Source: a bacterium (GTDB taxonomy: Bacteria; Bdellovibrionota_G; JALEGL01). From it: a stretch of 64,000 bases of DNA. The stretch covers positions 67,012 to 131,011 of the forward strand of contig JALEGL010000008.1 in the NCBI GenBank assembly GCA_022763185.1, in the 5' to 3' direction. The translations under genes and the position numbers were made by a program. The notes under the pieces were generated by a model. It made no database searches and was not told the DNA's origin. It saw nothing but the letters and a program-made list of their open reading frames with translations. Positions 48,156-58,071 of this stretch are shown here, piece after piece (the stretch's first letter is position 1; every line of letters begins with the position of its first letter).

Positions 48156-49553
48156 TTGGCAAAAATAAGTAAAATTTCTCCTGTTGTTGCAGACCGTAAA
48201 GCCGTTTTTTTGCGTTTGTACAATCAAGGAAAATTTATTGAAACCTTCCAATTGAAAAAAGGGTCTACTTTGGTGGGTAGAGACCCTTCAAATCAAATTG
48301 TGATTAAAAGTACGTTTGTATCTAGGCACCATTTTGTTATTGAAGTTTTAGATAGCGGCGTTGTTTATATACAAGATTTAAAAAGTAGAAATGGCACCTA
48401 CGTTAACCGCGAAAGAATATCAAAAATAAAACTCTCTCATAAAGATAGAGTTATTTGCGGTCCATTTGAATTTATTTTTAATCAACCCCACTTTGATAAA
48501 GAAGAAGATAGTTCAGACTCCTTAACAGATTTAGAACTTACGGATAAAAGCACGACCACAAAAAGTAAAAGCAAAAGAAAAGCAAAGAAAATGCCTTCTT
48601 TGGATCAACAAGATTCAGGTGTTTCTTTATCCATTGAATACTTAGACCATAACGATCTTGATGTACCTACGATCATTACTGGTTTAGAGTCCACAAAAGG
48701 AAGCAATGCCACAAGAGAAGCTGATATGTCAGTTTTTCCAGATAGAGTGGTGCCTTTACAAAAAACATCAAAAACGAAAGTAATTATGATGGCTTTGGCC
48801 ATGGTCGGGTTTTCTGCTGTTTTAGCTTATGGGATGTTTCTATTTCTACAAAAAAATGCACAAAAATCTCAGTTGGTCATGCAAGAAACAATGGAAGGTA
48901 CAAGTCAAGAGGACAGCACTAGTGCACAATCAATAAAACCAGTATCTAAGGTTAAGAGCAAGAATGGTGTTTCTAAAGCAAAAAAAATGACGGGTTCAAA
49001 AACCAATAAAAGAGCATCATCTAAGAAAAACTTTAAAGTCAGTGATATCTTGGGCAATATTGGCGATGAAGAAATAGATTTCTCAGGTCTGAGTAATTTA
49101 TCTAAGAGCACCAGTCAAAGAAGAAAAAATATTGCTAAAGCAATCAGTAAAGCTACGCTTTCAGTGGATGTTGAGCCACCAAAACATCAAGGCTCTTTTT
49201 TCTCATTCAATAAAGGCAAGGAAAAGAAAGTTAGTGTGGATAGTGCAAAAGAAGCGCTTAATTACCAGCGTTCAATAAAAAATCAGCTGGGTTTTGTGCA
49301 AAACTGCTTTGTTAGTTACGCTAAAAACCCTGAAAAGCCGGGTGTCATCTCATTAGAAATCAGTTTAGACAATGCAGGAAAAGTAAATCGAGAAAGAATT
49401 GACTCTGATCATTTTAAAACCAGCAGGCTAGACCAATGTTTAAAAAAAGGCGCTCAAGATATTGTAGCCGACTCAAAGCCTCCTTGGGAGGGTTTTACCG
49501 CAAGCTACAAATTTAAATTTGCCGGTGTTAAAAAGAAAAGTTTTGATTCCTAA
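48156..49553 (+). CDS. FHA-domain inner-membrane protein with AgmX/PglI-type (TonB-C-like) C-terminal domain; GltG/PglI-like
   Basis: N-terminal FHA domain (GSTLVGRDPSNQIVIKSTFVSRHHFVI...NGTYVN), one TM helix (VIMMALAMVGFSAVLAYGMFLFL), an S/K-rich linker, and a C-terminal about 100 aa (QLGFVQNCFVSY...DQCLKKG...PPWEGFTASYKFKF). That C-terminus shares its pattern with the C-terminus of the 50562-52001 product. Confidence 0.6.
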   Translation: MAKISKISPVVADRKAVFLRLYNQGKFIETFQLKKGSTLVGRDPSNQIVIKSTFVSRHHFVIEVLDSGVVYIQDLKSRNGTYVNRERISKIKLSHKDRVICGPFEFIFNQPHFDKEEDSSDSLTDLELTDKSTTTKSKSKRKAKKMPSLDQQDSGVSLSIEYLDHNDLDVPTIITGLESTKGSNATREADMSVFPDRVVPLQKTSKTKVIMMALAMVGFSAVLAYGMFLFLQKNAQKSQLVMQETMEGTSQEDSTSAQSIKPVSKVKSKNGVSKAKKMTGSKTNKRASSKKNFKVSDILGNIGDEEIDFSGLSNLSKSTSQRRKNIAKAISKATLSVDVEPPKHQGSFFSFNKGKEKKVSVDSAKEALNYQRSIKNQLGFVQNCFVSYAKNPEKPGVISLEISLDNAGKVNRERIDSDHFKTSRLDQCLKKGAQDIVADSKPPWEGFTASYKFKFAGVKKKSFDS

Positions 49554-49963
49554 AAGTTAATTTAAATACTATCGTTGTATATAAAGGTTTTATTCTAATC
49601 CTAACCTTAAGTTACGCATGCTGACGGTAATGTTTTAATTGAAAGGGTTAAAGAAACGTATATATAAAATTAGGCTGACCGGCTTTATATTTACATAGGG
49701 TGCTTTAAATTGAAGCCAATAATCAATAAATAGAGAAAAAATAATTTATATAGGCTCAAAGGATTGTTTGGCATAGCCCAATGAGAACTCGCTGCATGAA
49801 ATCTATTTTGTTCTCATAATTTGTCACGATATAAACTTGAAGTACTTCAGGCTTGGGTATTTCACAATCTTTTTTTTGCGCTAAAATCGAAACCAATCAA
49901 AATAAATAAGATAAGCTCAAGCAGTGATATCAATCAAGCCAGAGCAGTCATCACTTTCTATTA

Positions 49964-50548
49964 TTAGAAGGTATATTTGATACCAAAGGTAGGAGATATC
50001 ATGTTGACGGGTAAATCAAACTGGAAATAGCTGACTTTAAAGTACAGAGAGTAATGTCTTAATAAGGTGTAATACTCAATACCAGCAGAACCTGCTATAC
50101 TCATTTTATATTTTTCACCATCAACAAATGCCGGCCCAGTAGAAACAACACCACCACCAGCCGCTACAAAGGGGTTCCATCTCCCAATTGGTTTTTGTAG
50201 TTTTAAAAGTAGATTTCCAGAAAAGAAATTAACGCCACCTTCAAGTTGGGGGTCTTCAGGAGCGGCTTCATGAATGGCAAAGCCAAACAAGCTTTCAATG
50301 CTGATATTTTTTGAAATGTCGTATCCCATGTTGAATGATAGTGCTGTTCCAGGATTGGTTGTTGTTTCCCCCGGTAGCGTTCCATCAATGGCACCGTTGA
50401 CGATTGAGATACCTATATCAGCACCAATATAAAAGCCTTTTTCTATGTCATCGGGTAAACGTCTAAATTCTCCAAATAAGTTTTCAGCATGCAACAAAGA
50501 CGTTGTCATGAATACAGCGATAAGGCTTATTACTTTTATTTTTTTCAT
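49964..50548 (-). CDS. small outer-membrane beta-barrel protein (OmpA/OmpW-like 8-strand class)
   Basis: Signal peptide MKKIKVISLIAVFMTTSLLHA, alternating hydrophobic beta-strand pattern, and C-terminal GIKYTF ending in Phe. Confidence 0.5.
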   Translation of the reverse strand: MKKIKVISLIAVFMTTSLLHAENLFGEFRRLPDDIEKGFYIGADIGISIVNGAIDGTLPGETTTNPGTALSFNMGYDISKNISIESLFGFAIHEAAPEDPQLEGGVNFFSGNLLLKLQKPIGRWNPFVAAGGGVVSTGPAFVDGEKYKMSIAGSAGIEYYTLLRHYSLYFKVSYFQFDLPVNMISPTFGIKYTF

Positions 50549-50561
50549 AATCTCTTCTTTC

Positions 50562-52001
50562 TTAAGTTGCTAAATTAAAGGTAAATGGGTAGACCACTTC
50601 TACGACACCGCCACCAGGCTTTGGAAAGGGCATTCTTCTAACCACACGTTGAATGCAACCCTCAACAGCAGCGTTATTCATGCCCGTTTCAGCAATACTG
50701 GTGCTTGTAACTCGACCCTGTAAACCAATAACAAATCTAACAACAATTTTACCTCTTAACTTAGGTTGTCGAATAACTTGTCTTTCATAGCAAGATCGAA
50801 TTTGTCCTAGGTGGTTTCTAATAATTCTTGCAATGACATCTTTGGGAATATTACCTTGGATATAAACTTCTTCATCATCGATACTAGCAGACACGGCAAC
50901 ATTTTTTTTACCTGTTCCAAAATCAGAAAGGCCTCCCATATTTTTATTTCCGCCACCTTTACCTTTAGTTCCTAAACCTTGGCCAATTGAGGCTGTATTA
51001 TTTCCTCCACCAGACGCTGATCCTCGTATACCTTTACCTTCTCTTACAGTTGTTTCACCCGGTAAACCATGTCTTGCGTTTTTGCTGCCTAGCTTATCAA
51101 TGGACTCAGTAATATTGGAGCCAGAGCCAATTAAATCATTTAAAACAGAGTTATTATTTTTACTAAAGAAACTTAAAACACCTGTTTTGTTAACATCTAC
51201 ACGGTTGGTCTTTTTGCCGGTTCTACCTTTAACTCCACGGCCTCTGCGGCCTTCTTTGCCGCCAGCCTTTGCACCGCTACCTTCTTTGCCAACATTGCCG
51301 CGCAGCTTTTTTGAACGCACTATGGCAGGTTGGTATTTTTTCATTTCTTTGTTTTGAACAACAATTTTTTTGTATTGTTTACGTATTTTTTCAGTCTTGT
51401 CTTCCAGATCAGGTTTTGGCATGACATAAGCTAAAATAAATAATGCTAAGTGAATAGCTGCTGAGACTGCAAACCATCGAACAAAATAGGGGTCCTTAAT
51501 TTGTTGTCTCCAGGAAAAAGGTATGGCCGTTTCATCTTGCGAGACGGTTTCAAAATAAATAATGACCGTATCATAAACAAGAAAGCCTTTACTTCCAATG
51601 GGAAGTGTTGATTCTTTGTAGTTTTTTTTATCTATTCCAACTTGATCTTCAACTGCAGTCAGTTGATCGCCGTATTCTAAATAACCACTGGCATCAGGCG
51701 TGATCTTTAAGGTAATGGTTCCGTCGGTGTTGAGTTTTAAGAGATCTAGTTTTTTACTGATATAGTCAGATGGTAGTTTTACAGCAGCTTTTTTATGCGC
51801 ACCAAAATACAGAAGCTCATTTTTTTGCAGCAAGGAGTCATCAACAATCTGATTAAACGCTAAAACAGTTACGCGTAAGCGAAGTTTGTCAGAATTGTGT
51901 ATGGGCACACGTTCATTTTTATCCACCTTAAAACTAATTTTTAAGGTTTCGTCATCAAATAAGATGCTTTGATTTTTACTTCTAGGTTTTAATGGCTTCA
52001 T
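50562..52001 (-). CDS. inner-membrane protein with Gly/Lys-rich linker and AgmX/PglI-type TonB-C-like domain; GltJ/GltG-like
   Basis: About 170-aa cytoplasmic N-domain, a TM helix (FVRWFAVSAAIHLALFILAYV), and about 150 aa of G/K/R-rich low complexity. The C-terminus is IRSCYERQVIRQPKLRGKIVVRFVIG...GCIQRVVRRMPFPKPGGGVVEVVYPFTF. Its start overlaps the upstream stop (TAATG). Confidence 0.55.
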   Translation of the reverse strand: MKPLKPRSKNQSILFDDETLKISFKVDKNERVPIHNSDKLRLRVTVLAFNQIVDDSLLQKNELLYFGAHKKAAVKLPSDYISKKLDLLKLNTDGTITLKITPDASGYLEYGDQLTAVEDQVGIDKKNYKESTLPIGSKGFLVYDTVIIYFETVSQDETAIPFSWRQQIKDPYFVRWFAVSAAIHLALFILAYVMPKPDLEDKTEKIRKQYKKIVVQNKEMKKYQPAIVRSKKLRGNVGKEGSGAKAGGKEGRRGRGVKGRTGKKTNRVDVNKTGVLSFFSKNNNSVLNDLIGSGSNITESIDKLGSKNARHGLPGETTVREGKGIRGSASGGGNNTASIGQGLGTKGKGGGNKNMGGLSDFGTGKKNVAVSASIDDEEVYIQGNIPKDVIARIIRNHLGQIRSCYERQVIRQPKLRGKIVVRFVIGLQGRVTSTSIAETGMNNAAVEGCIQRVVRRMPFPKPGGGVVEVVYPFTFNLAT

Positions 52002-52267
52002 TAAAAGTCCTCAACGGATCTTATAATATTGGGAATAAAGGATTCGTCAAGATTCAATAAACGTTTAAAGTAAGTTTCAGGTCTTTCTTTGACAGTTACA
52101 CCATCAGGTTTCTTAACATTTCCTAAAATATCGACTTCATCAAAGTTATAAACCGTAACTTTGGGGTTCTTTTTTGCGCCAGTACTTTGTGCAAAAACAG
52201 TTGTTACGTTGGAACAAGCAAGAACAACTATTATTGAATAAAACAATGGGCTGAGTTTTTTTTTCAT
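52001..52267 (-). CDS. small secreted protein (88 aa), operon member
   Basis: Signal peptide. It is translationally coupled on both sides by TAATG junctions at 52267 and 52001. A GltF-like role is possible only from position. Confidence 0.35.
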   Translation of the reverse strand: MKKKLSPLFYSIIVVLACSNVTTVFAQSTGAKKNPKVTVYNFDEVDILGNVKKPDGVTVKERPETYFKRLLNLDESFIPNIIRSVEDF

Positions 52268-55200
52268 TACTTTTCTCCTCCTAAAACTTTTGGTTTAGGT
52301 TGTTTCATGGATTGTGCCTGCCTAAGCATATTATACACTGGATGCGTTTTTGGGATAGTTTTTCCTTTTAAATTAATAAAACGCTTATAGTTTCTTATGG
52401 CAGCCTGTTTGTTTTTAAGCTTTAAATGATTAATTAAACCTAAATTAAAAGCATTTTCTGCAAAATTGGGGTTAACCATGCTGATTTCTGTAAAATGTTT
52501 GTTGGCTTCCTCAATTTGGTTTTTTGCAATTAAAGCAACACCAAGATTAAGTTTAGCACTTTGATTTAAAGCCTCAATTTTCAGTGCCTTTTGATACATT
52601 TTTATAGCATCATCAAAGTTTGCATGCTCAAGGTAAATATTGCCAAGATTAATCACGGGCTCAATTAAATTTTTATCCAAATTAATGGCTGAGTTAAACT
52701 CTTTAATAGCACTGTTATAAAACCCCATCTTTAAATAAACCATACCTAGGTTATTGAATGTTTCAGCATTTTTAGGGTTGTATTTTTTTGCTTTTTGAAA
52801 GGTTAGTTCAGCAAGCTCACTTTTCCCAGTCTCATAGTAGAGTAAGCCTAAGTTATTGATGGCATAAACATTGGTTTTATTCTTTGACATAATGCCTTGA
52901 ATGTTAACCAAAGCTTTATCCTTGTTGCCAAGCTTTCTTTGAGCAGTAATGAGGTTGTTGGCTATGGTCCAGTTGTTTTTATTTTTACGCGCAACTTCAG
53001 CAAACAGACGTAAAGCATTTTTATCATTGCTGGCCAGGGATGAATAAGCCAAGTTCAACAAAATTGATCTATCTGAAGGACGAATCAAAGAAGCATTCTC
53101 ATATGCTTGTTTTGCTTTTCTGTGCAAGTCAAGTAAGCGGTATATATCAGCTAAGCGTGTGTATGCAGACACTGCTCTTGGGTTTGCATTGATGGCGGCT
53201 TCACTTTTTCTGATCTGAGAAGATAAAGATTCTGCTGAAGAAGTTTTTGCTTGGTCAGGGACCAGAAACTCAGATCGATCAGTCACAACACTTTTTGTTT
53301 CTGGCTTCAATAGCCCCGCTTTTGAATTAAAGGCAATAAGCGGTTCATTGATAAACCATTGGATATAAGATTCACCTTGACGCTGAGGATATTTATCCGG
53401 TTTGTATTGCGTTAGGTTATCATATGCTTTAACAGTCCAGTCATTGTAAACATTAAGCTCAAAGGCTTTAGTTATTGCTTTTTCATAGGCTTCAATTGCC
53501 TTTTGCTCAATAGGTAAGGCTCTATTCTGTAGTTCCTCTTGATACATTTGCTCTTGTTCCATGCTCAATCCATTAGGAATTGGGGCGTTGAACAAGGCCA
53601 AACTGAAGTTTTGGTAAATAAGACCAACATGGTATAGAGATTTTACACCAACTTCAGCATCTCCAAGATCAATGATAGAAAAGTAATCATCTTTAAGTTC
53701 TTTTAAAAGCTTAGCTTTTCTTTCAATCGAAGAAGCAAGAGCTCTTTGAGGCATTCTAAACTTTATGGCATTGAAGGCATCAAATTTATCCTGAGTAAGC
53801 TCAAATTGCGCCTTGGCTGCGTAAGATACACCCGATTTATAGCGCTTTGCGTGCTTGACAGCTTCATTGTATGAGGCGTTTCTAGCATTGAGGTTACCAA
53901 GGTTTTTCTGGGCAAAGCCACGTCTATAAGAGGCTTCGGCAAACTTTTCTTTGTGTTTTGGGTATCGTTTCGGAAAATTATAAAAAACAGCGCTGGCTTT
54001 TTTCCAGTCTTTCATTTTTTCATAAATGAGTCCAGTTGCAAAGTAGGCATCATGAACGTCATCAGATTTTGGATAGCGACTGATGTACATCTTGTAATTT
54101 TTTAAGGACTGATCGTATTGCTTTAAGTGTTCTCTGTACAATGCAGCATTGTACAAAGCTGCTGAAGCAAGTTCAGATTTTGGAAAGCGTGTGGCCAAGA
54201 TTTCAAACTGTTCTGAAGCATTTTGATAGTCCAGTTTATTGTCAAAGTGGGTTGCCAAGGCCAAAATCATTTTAGGCACCAAGGGAGACTTTGAATAGTC
54301 TTTTAAAAAACGTCTGGATGTCTTAAGGGCAGCATTAGAATCATTACCGTTCAAATAATCAATTGCTGCGTTGTACAAGGCTTTGTCAGCAAATTTTGAT
54401 TCAGGGTATTTGTTGGCTAAGCTTTCATATTTTCTTGCGGCTTCAATAAATTTGCTTTTTTCTTCCAAGCCTTTGGCTTTTTGGAAAATAGACCCTTGAA
54501 TTAGCTCAAGCATGAGCTTTTTATTTTCTGGGGTGGCAAAGCTTTTTACACGCAGATAACTTGAAGCATATTTTTCAAGGTTGTCCCAGTCTTTTTGAAT
54601 ATTGTAAATATCTAAAATCAGGTGTCTTGAGGCATTGGCAGCGGGAGAGTTTGGATAACGCCTAATGACATCAAAGAATATTTTTTGAGCTGTATCAAAT
54701 TGATTATAGTTGTAATAAAGTTGGGCAATTTGAAAATAGACTTTTGAAGCTCGTTCATCTTTGGGATAACGTTTTTGATAAGCCGAATCAGCAGCAATTA
54801 GCCTTTTTGCATAGTTTGAAAGCGGTGTACTAGCATAGGTATCACTTTTTTTATTTTTGATTGTTTTTTCAACCGTCGCATAATAGGCTTCTTCTAGACG
54901 GCTTAGTGAATCGATTAAACCAATCAAGGCAAGTTGGTTTTTTGCACCATCTTTTTGTGCTTTAAGCATAGCCGCGTACTGCTCAGCGGACTTGTCATAA
55001 ATTTTATTTTTAAATAAGAGATTTGCGTATAAAAAACGCATTTCATAGCCATTTTTATGGTTAGCAAACCATTTTACATAATTGGCATAAAACTTCAGAG
55101 CAAGTTGCGTATAGTTTTTTGCTTTGACCTTATTAGTGGTCTCACTTTTTTGTGCCATTTCATGATGATGCTTTGATAAGAACCGTGCATAAACTTCAGA

Positions 55201-56361
55201 GCGGTTATAGGCATAGTCTAAAGAATCGCTGCGACCTTTGTTTTGTCTATGCCAGGCAGATCCAGGCAAATATCTTGGCATGAAGATTTGCATTTCACGC
55301 ATGGCGCGCTGGAGCTGCTCACTTTTTTCATAAGATTCAATAATTTTTGAGTGATGTCTGGGGGCATCAGGGTGATAAGGGTCTAAAGAAATGAGTTTCT
55401 TTAAGGCATTAACCGCTTTGTTGTACTCAGATTTTTCAAAGTAGATATTGGCTAATTTTTCAATAACCAAACGAGCATACTCAGGTTCACCGATGGATAC
55501 AAAATAGCGTCGGGCCGGTTCAATCAGACCCAGATCTGAGTAAAAGAGTATAAGATCTTTAAGCGCCTCTCTACGTAAGTTGATCTCACTTTCTTTGTCT
55601 TTAGAAATTTTAACTACTTTCTGCATGACTTTAAGGGCGCCATTAACGTTGCTTTTATTGTAGTAGCACCAAGATATCTTATACAGAGCACTGGTTTTAA
55701 ATTGATTTTCTGATTTTAAAACAACACCGTAAGCATTGATGGCTTTATTAAATGACCGGTTATTGAAATAATAATCGCCAAGAGTCATATAAGCACCGGT
55801 AGCATATTTACTTTTTGGAAAGCGCTTAATTAACAGTTTAAGGTACTTGACCGCGTCTTTTGAGTTGATTTCACTGGCATGAAAACCTGCCAAAAACAGA
55901 ACTTCATCTAAGCGGTCATAGTTTGGCGCAATTTTAACAATTTTTTTATAAAGGTTAAACGATCGTTCACCAGAAAACTTCGGCTCAACAGGTTCCTTGG
56001 CAATTTTCTTTTTTAAATAGAGATCATATCTTCGCTCAAACTCATCCATTTTTTTAAAGTATTCTGAGCGTTCATACAACCAATACAAATCAGCCATTCT
56101 AAAATAGACTTCAGCTGTCTGATTGGCTGGTTGCTTACGTTTTGCAAGTCTATTTAATAGGCGCAACTCTTCACGAATTTTTGCTGCCAATGCGGCGTCA
56201 ACCTTATAGTCTGGAATATTAAATGCCTTAAAAATAGGGTTGGATATTTGTCCAGTTCTTTGTTCAGCTTTTTTTTCAACTGCAAAAGACGGTTGAACTG
56301 GGCTGATTAAATTAAGGACTAGGCAAAGAACGAGTATTTTTTTTAAATCTGTTAAGCTCAA
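52267..56361 (-). CDS. giant TPR-repeat protein (1364 aa) with signal peptide; GltD/AgmU-like
   Basis: N-terminal signal peptide, then TPR-like repeats across the whole length (recurrent AxxxY/F...G.Y.A patterns). It is comparable in size to the myxobacterial AgmU/GltD TPR protein. Confidence 0.55.
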   Translation of the reverse strand: MSLTDLKKILVLCLVLNLISPVQPSFAVEKKAEQRTGQISNPIFKAFNIPDYKVDAALAAKIREELRLLNRLAKRKQPANQTAEVYFRMADLYWLYERSEYFKKMDEFERRYDLYLKKKIAKEPVEPKFSGERSFNLYKKIVKIAPNYDRLDEVLFLAGFHASEINSKDAVKYLKLLIKRFPKSKYATGAYMTLGDYYFNNRSFNKAINAYGVVLKSENQFKTSALYKISWCYYNKSNVNGALKVMQKVVKISKDKESEINLRREALKDLILFYSDLGLIEPARRYFVSIGEPEYARLVIEKLANIYFEKSEYNKAVNALKKLISLDPYHPDAPRHHSKIIESYEKSEQLQRAMREMQIFMPRYLPGSAWHRQNKGRSDSLDYAYNRSEVYARFLSKHHHEMAQKSETTNKVKAKNYTQLALKFYANYVKWFANHKNGYEMRFLYANLLFKNKIYDKSAEQYAAMLKAQKDGAKNQLALIGLIDSLSRLEEAYYATVEKTIKNKKSDTYASTPLSNYAKRLIAADSAYQKRYPKDERASKVYFQIAQLYYNYNQFDTAQKIFFDVIRRYPNSPAANASRHLILDIYNIQKDWDNLEKYASSYLRVKSFATPENKKLMLELIQGSIFQKAKGLEEKSKFIEAARKYESLANKYPESKFADKALYNAAIDYLNGNDSNAALKTSRRFLKDYSKSPLVPKMILALATHFDNKLDYQNASEQFEILATRFPKSELASAALYNAALYREHLKQYDQSLKNYKMYISRYPKSDDVHDAYFATGLIYEKMKDWKKASAVFYNFPKRYPKHKEKFAEASYRRGFAQKNLGNLNARNASYNEAVKHAKRYKSGVSYAAKAQFELTQDKFDAFNAIKFRMPQRALASSIERKAKLLKELKDDYFSIIDLGDAEVGVKSLYHVGLIYQNFSLALFNAPIPNGLSMEQEQMYQEELQNRALPIEQKAIEAYEKAITKAFELNVYNDWTVKAYDNLTQYKPDKYPQRQGESYIQWFINEPLIAFNSKAGLLKPETKSVVTDRSEFLVPDQAKTSSAESLSSQIRKSEAAINANPRAVSAYTRLADIYRLLDLHRKAKQAYENASLIRPSDRSILLNLAYSSLASNDKNALRLFAEVARKNKNNWTIANNLITAQRKLGNKDKALVNIQGIMSKNKTNVYAINNLGLLYYETGKSELAELTFQKAKKYNPKNAETFNNLGMVYLKMGFYNSAIKEFNSAINLDKNLIEPVINLGNIYLEHANFDDAIKMYQKALKIEALNQSAKLNLGVALIAKNQIEEANKHFTEISMVNPNFAENAFNLGLINHLKLKNKQAAIRNYKRFINLKGKTIPKTHPVYNMLRQAQSMKQPKPKVLGGEK

Positions 56362-56391
56362 GTATGTTCTCCAAACTACAAAGTAGCGCTA

Positions 56392-58065
56392 CTACTTTTT
56401 CTCTGAGGTTTTGTCCTTACATATAGACTTAAGATTATACAGGTAATAGCCGGTTTCGTCAGCCCAATATTCACCGGTGTAATCCCACCAAACCATAGAC
56501 TCTTTCAAACTGTCTGTGAACTCGGGTTTTATAAGGTTGGCATTGATATCCACTGGAGGTGCAAGGCGTAATGAGCGTGTTTGTAGAATTTTTCTTTCTG
56601 TGCTGACAATCTCATATCTTAAAAAGTCTTTTAAGGTAAAAAAGTCTTCTATTAATTGTCGGGTTTGTTTCAGCTTTTGCCCGGCTAACCAGCTGGCTTT
56701 TTGAGTCAACTCACGTTCTTTTTGTGTGATCAGGTTAATGATTAGTTTAGCGTTGTTTTGATCAAGTTTTCCTAAAAGCTCGCGTTCTTTTTGTAAAGAT
56801 TCTATATACTGGTGAATTCCCCAGAAGTCTCTATTGGCACTGGCAAGATTGAACAGGTTTCTATAGCGATAGACTAACTTTCCAGATCTTTCTCTTTGTT
56901 TGCCTGTCAAAGCGTTATAATAACGCTTGGGAGACCGGTTCTTTTTAGCAAAGTCATCAATTTGACGAGCAATTCCTTTAAACTCACCTTCAACCCCGCT
57001 AAGCGCGGTTAAAGCATCATCATACAAACATAACTCCAAAAATATAGCGCCTTTGAGTAAGTACGATTTTAAAAAGTAAACCTGTTCGTAAAAAGGAGAG
57101 TTAACTGAGTGCAAAACAGATAAAGAGGCATTAAACTGACGCATCTTAAACAAAGCCCAACTTGATTCATACAGACCTTGTGGGTAATAATTATTGTCTT
57201 TTTCAACTTTTTTGTAATAGACAATAGCCAACGGATAGTTGCGTTGCTCATAGTATATCCGGCCCAAAGCAAGATTGGCAAGCTGTTTGAGGCGAACTTC
57301 TTCATAGTAGACTTTGTTTTTGCGTTCGTTAGAGATGCTTTTATAAAACTCTATGGCTTTTGAATAACTTTCGTTTTTTATGGCAATTGCCCCTAATAAA
57401 TAGCGAGAAGCCAAATACAGGCGATTGTTTTTTGATATTGAATATAAAAGTTTAATAGCTCTTCGGTAATTTTTTTTATGATACAAGTCTTTTGCAACAA
57501 AGTAACGAAACTCTTCTTTTAATGACTTAGGAACTTTGTTGTCACTGATGGTTGATGCCAAGTATAAGATGAGTTCATCATCTTTTAAATGTTGAGCAAT
57601 GGCAATAGATTGCCGTAAGGACTCATGCGTATAAACTCGGAGCTTGTCATTTTCAACAATGTCCACATAATACAAAAGAGAGGCATAATAGGCTCCCATT
57701 TGACTTAAGCTTTTTGCAATGTAGTATTTTGAATAGCCATACTCGGGAAAAGACTTGAAACGTGAAGTATTGAGGATTTTACTGAAGATTATAAAAGACC
57801 TTTCATAGTTTTGCTTTTTATATTCTATACGACCTTCATTAAGTGTGTCGACCAGTCGGGTATACAAAGGGTTGTTCCGTACCAAACGAGATCGTTTTTC
57901 CAGTTCACGATCAATTCTTCTTTCAACCAAGTTAGACTTTTTTTGGTTTTGGCCAATCTGCTCAATGTTTTGTTTTGAGCGAGCGCAGCCTGATAAGGCA
58001 AGGCTGGCGCACAGCAGTGAAAAACCTATAAGTGAGAAGCTGGATTTGGTTTTTTTAAAAAGCAT
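56392..58065 (-). CDS. TPR-repeat lipoprotein (557 aa); GltE/AglT-like
   Basis: Lipobox LALSGC and TPR-like repeats (YYIAKSL..., AIEFYK..., LAIVYYKK...). Confidence 0.5.
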   Translation of the reverse strand: MLFKKTKSSFSLIGFSLLCASLALSGCARSKQNIEQIGQNQKKSNLVERRIDRELEKRSRLVRNNPLYTRLVDTLNEGRIEYKKQNYERSFIIFSKILNTSRFKSFPEYGYSKYYIAKSLSQMGAYYASLLYYVDIVENDKLRVYTHESLRQSIAIAQHLKDDELILYLASTISDNKVPKSLKEEFRYFVAKDLYHKKNYRRAIKLLYSISKNNRLYLASRYLLGAIAIKNESYSKAIEFYKSISNERKNKVYYEEVRLKQLANLALGRIYYEQRNYPLAIVYYKKVEKDNNYYPQGLYESSWALFKMRQFNASLSVLHSVNSPFYEQVYFLKSYLLKGAIFLELCLYDDALTALSGVEGEFKGIARQIDDFAKKNRSPKRYYNALTGKQRERSGKLVYRYRNLFNLASANRDFWGIHQYIESLQKERELLGKLDQNNAKLIINLITQKERELTQKASWLAGQKLKQTRQLIEDFFTLKDFLRYEIVSTERKILQTRSLRLAPPVDINANLIKPEFTDSLKESMVWWDYTGEYWADETGYYLYNLKSICKDKTSEKK

Positions 58066-58071
58066 TATATA

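Noticed and set aside
52001-52267. Assigning the 88-aa secreted protein specifically as GltF.
   Set aside because: Only position and size support this. I cannot recall a diagnostic GltF motif, so I left it as an uncharacterised operon member.
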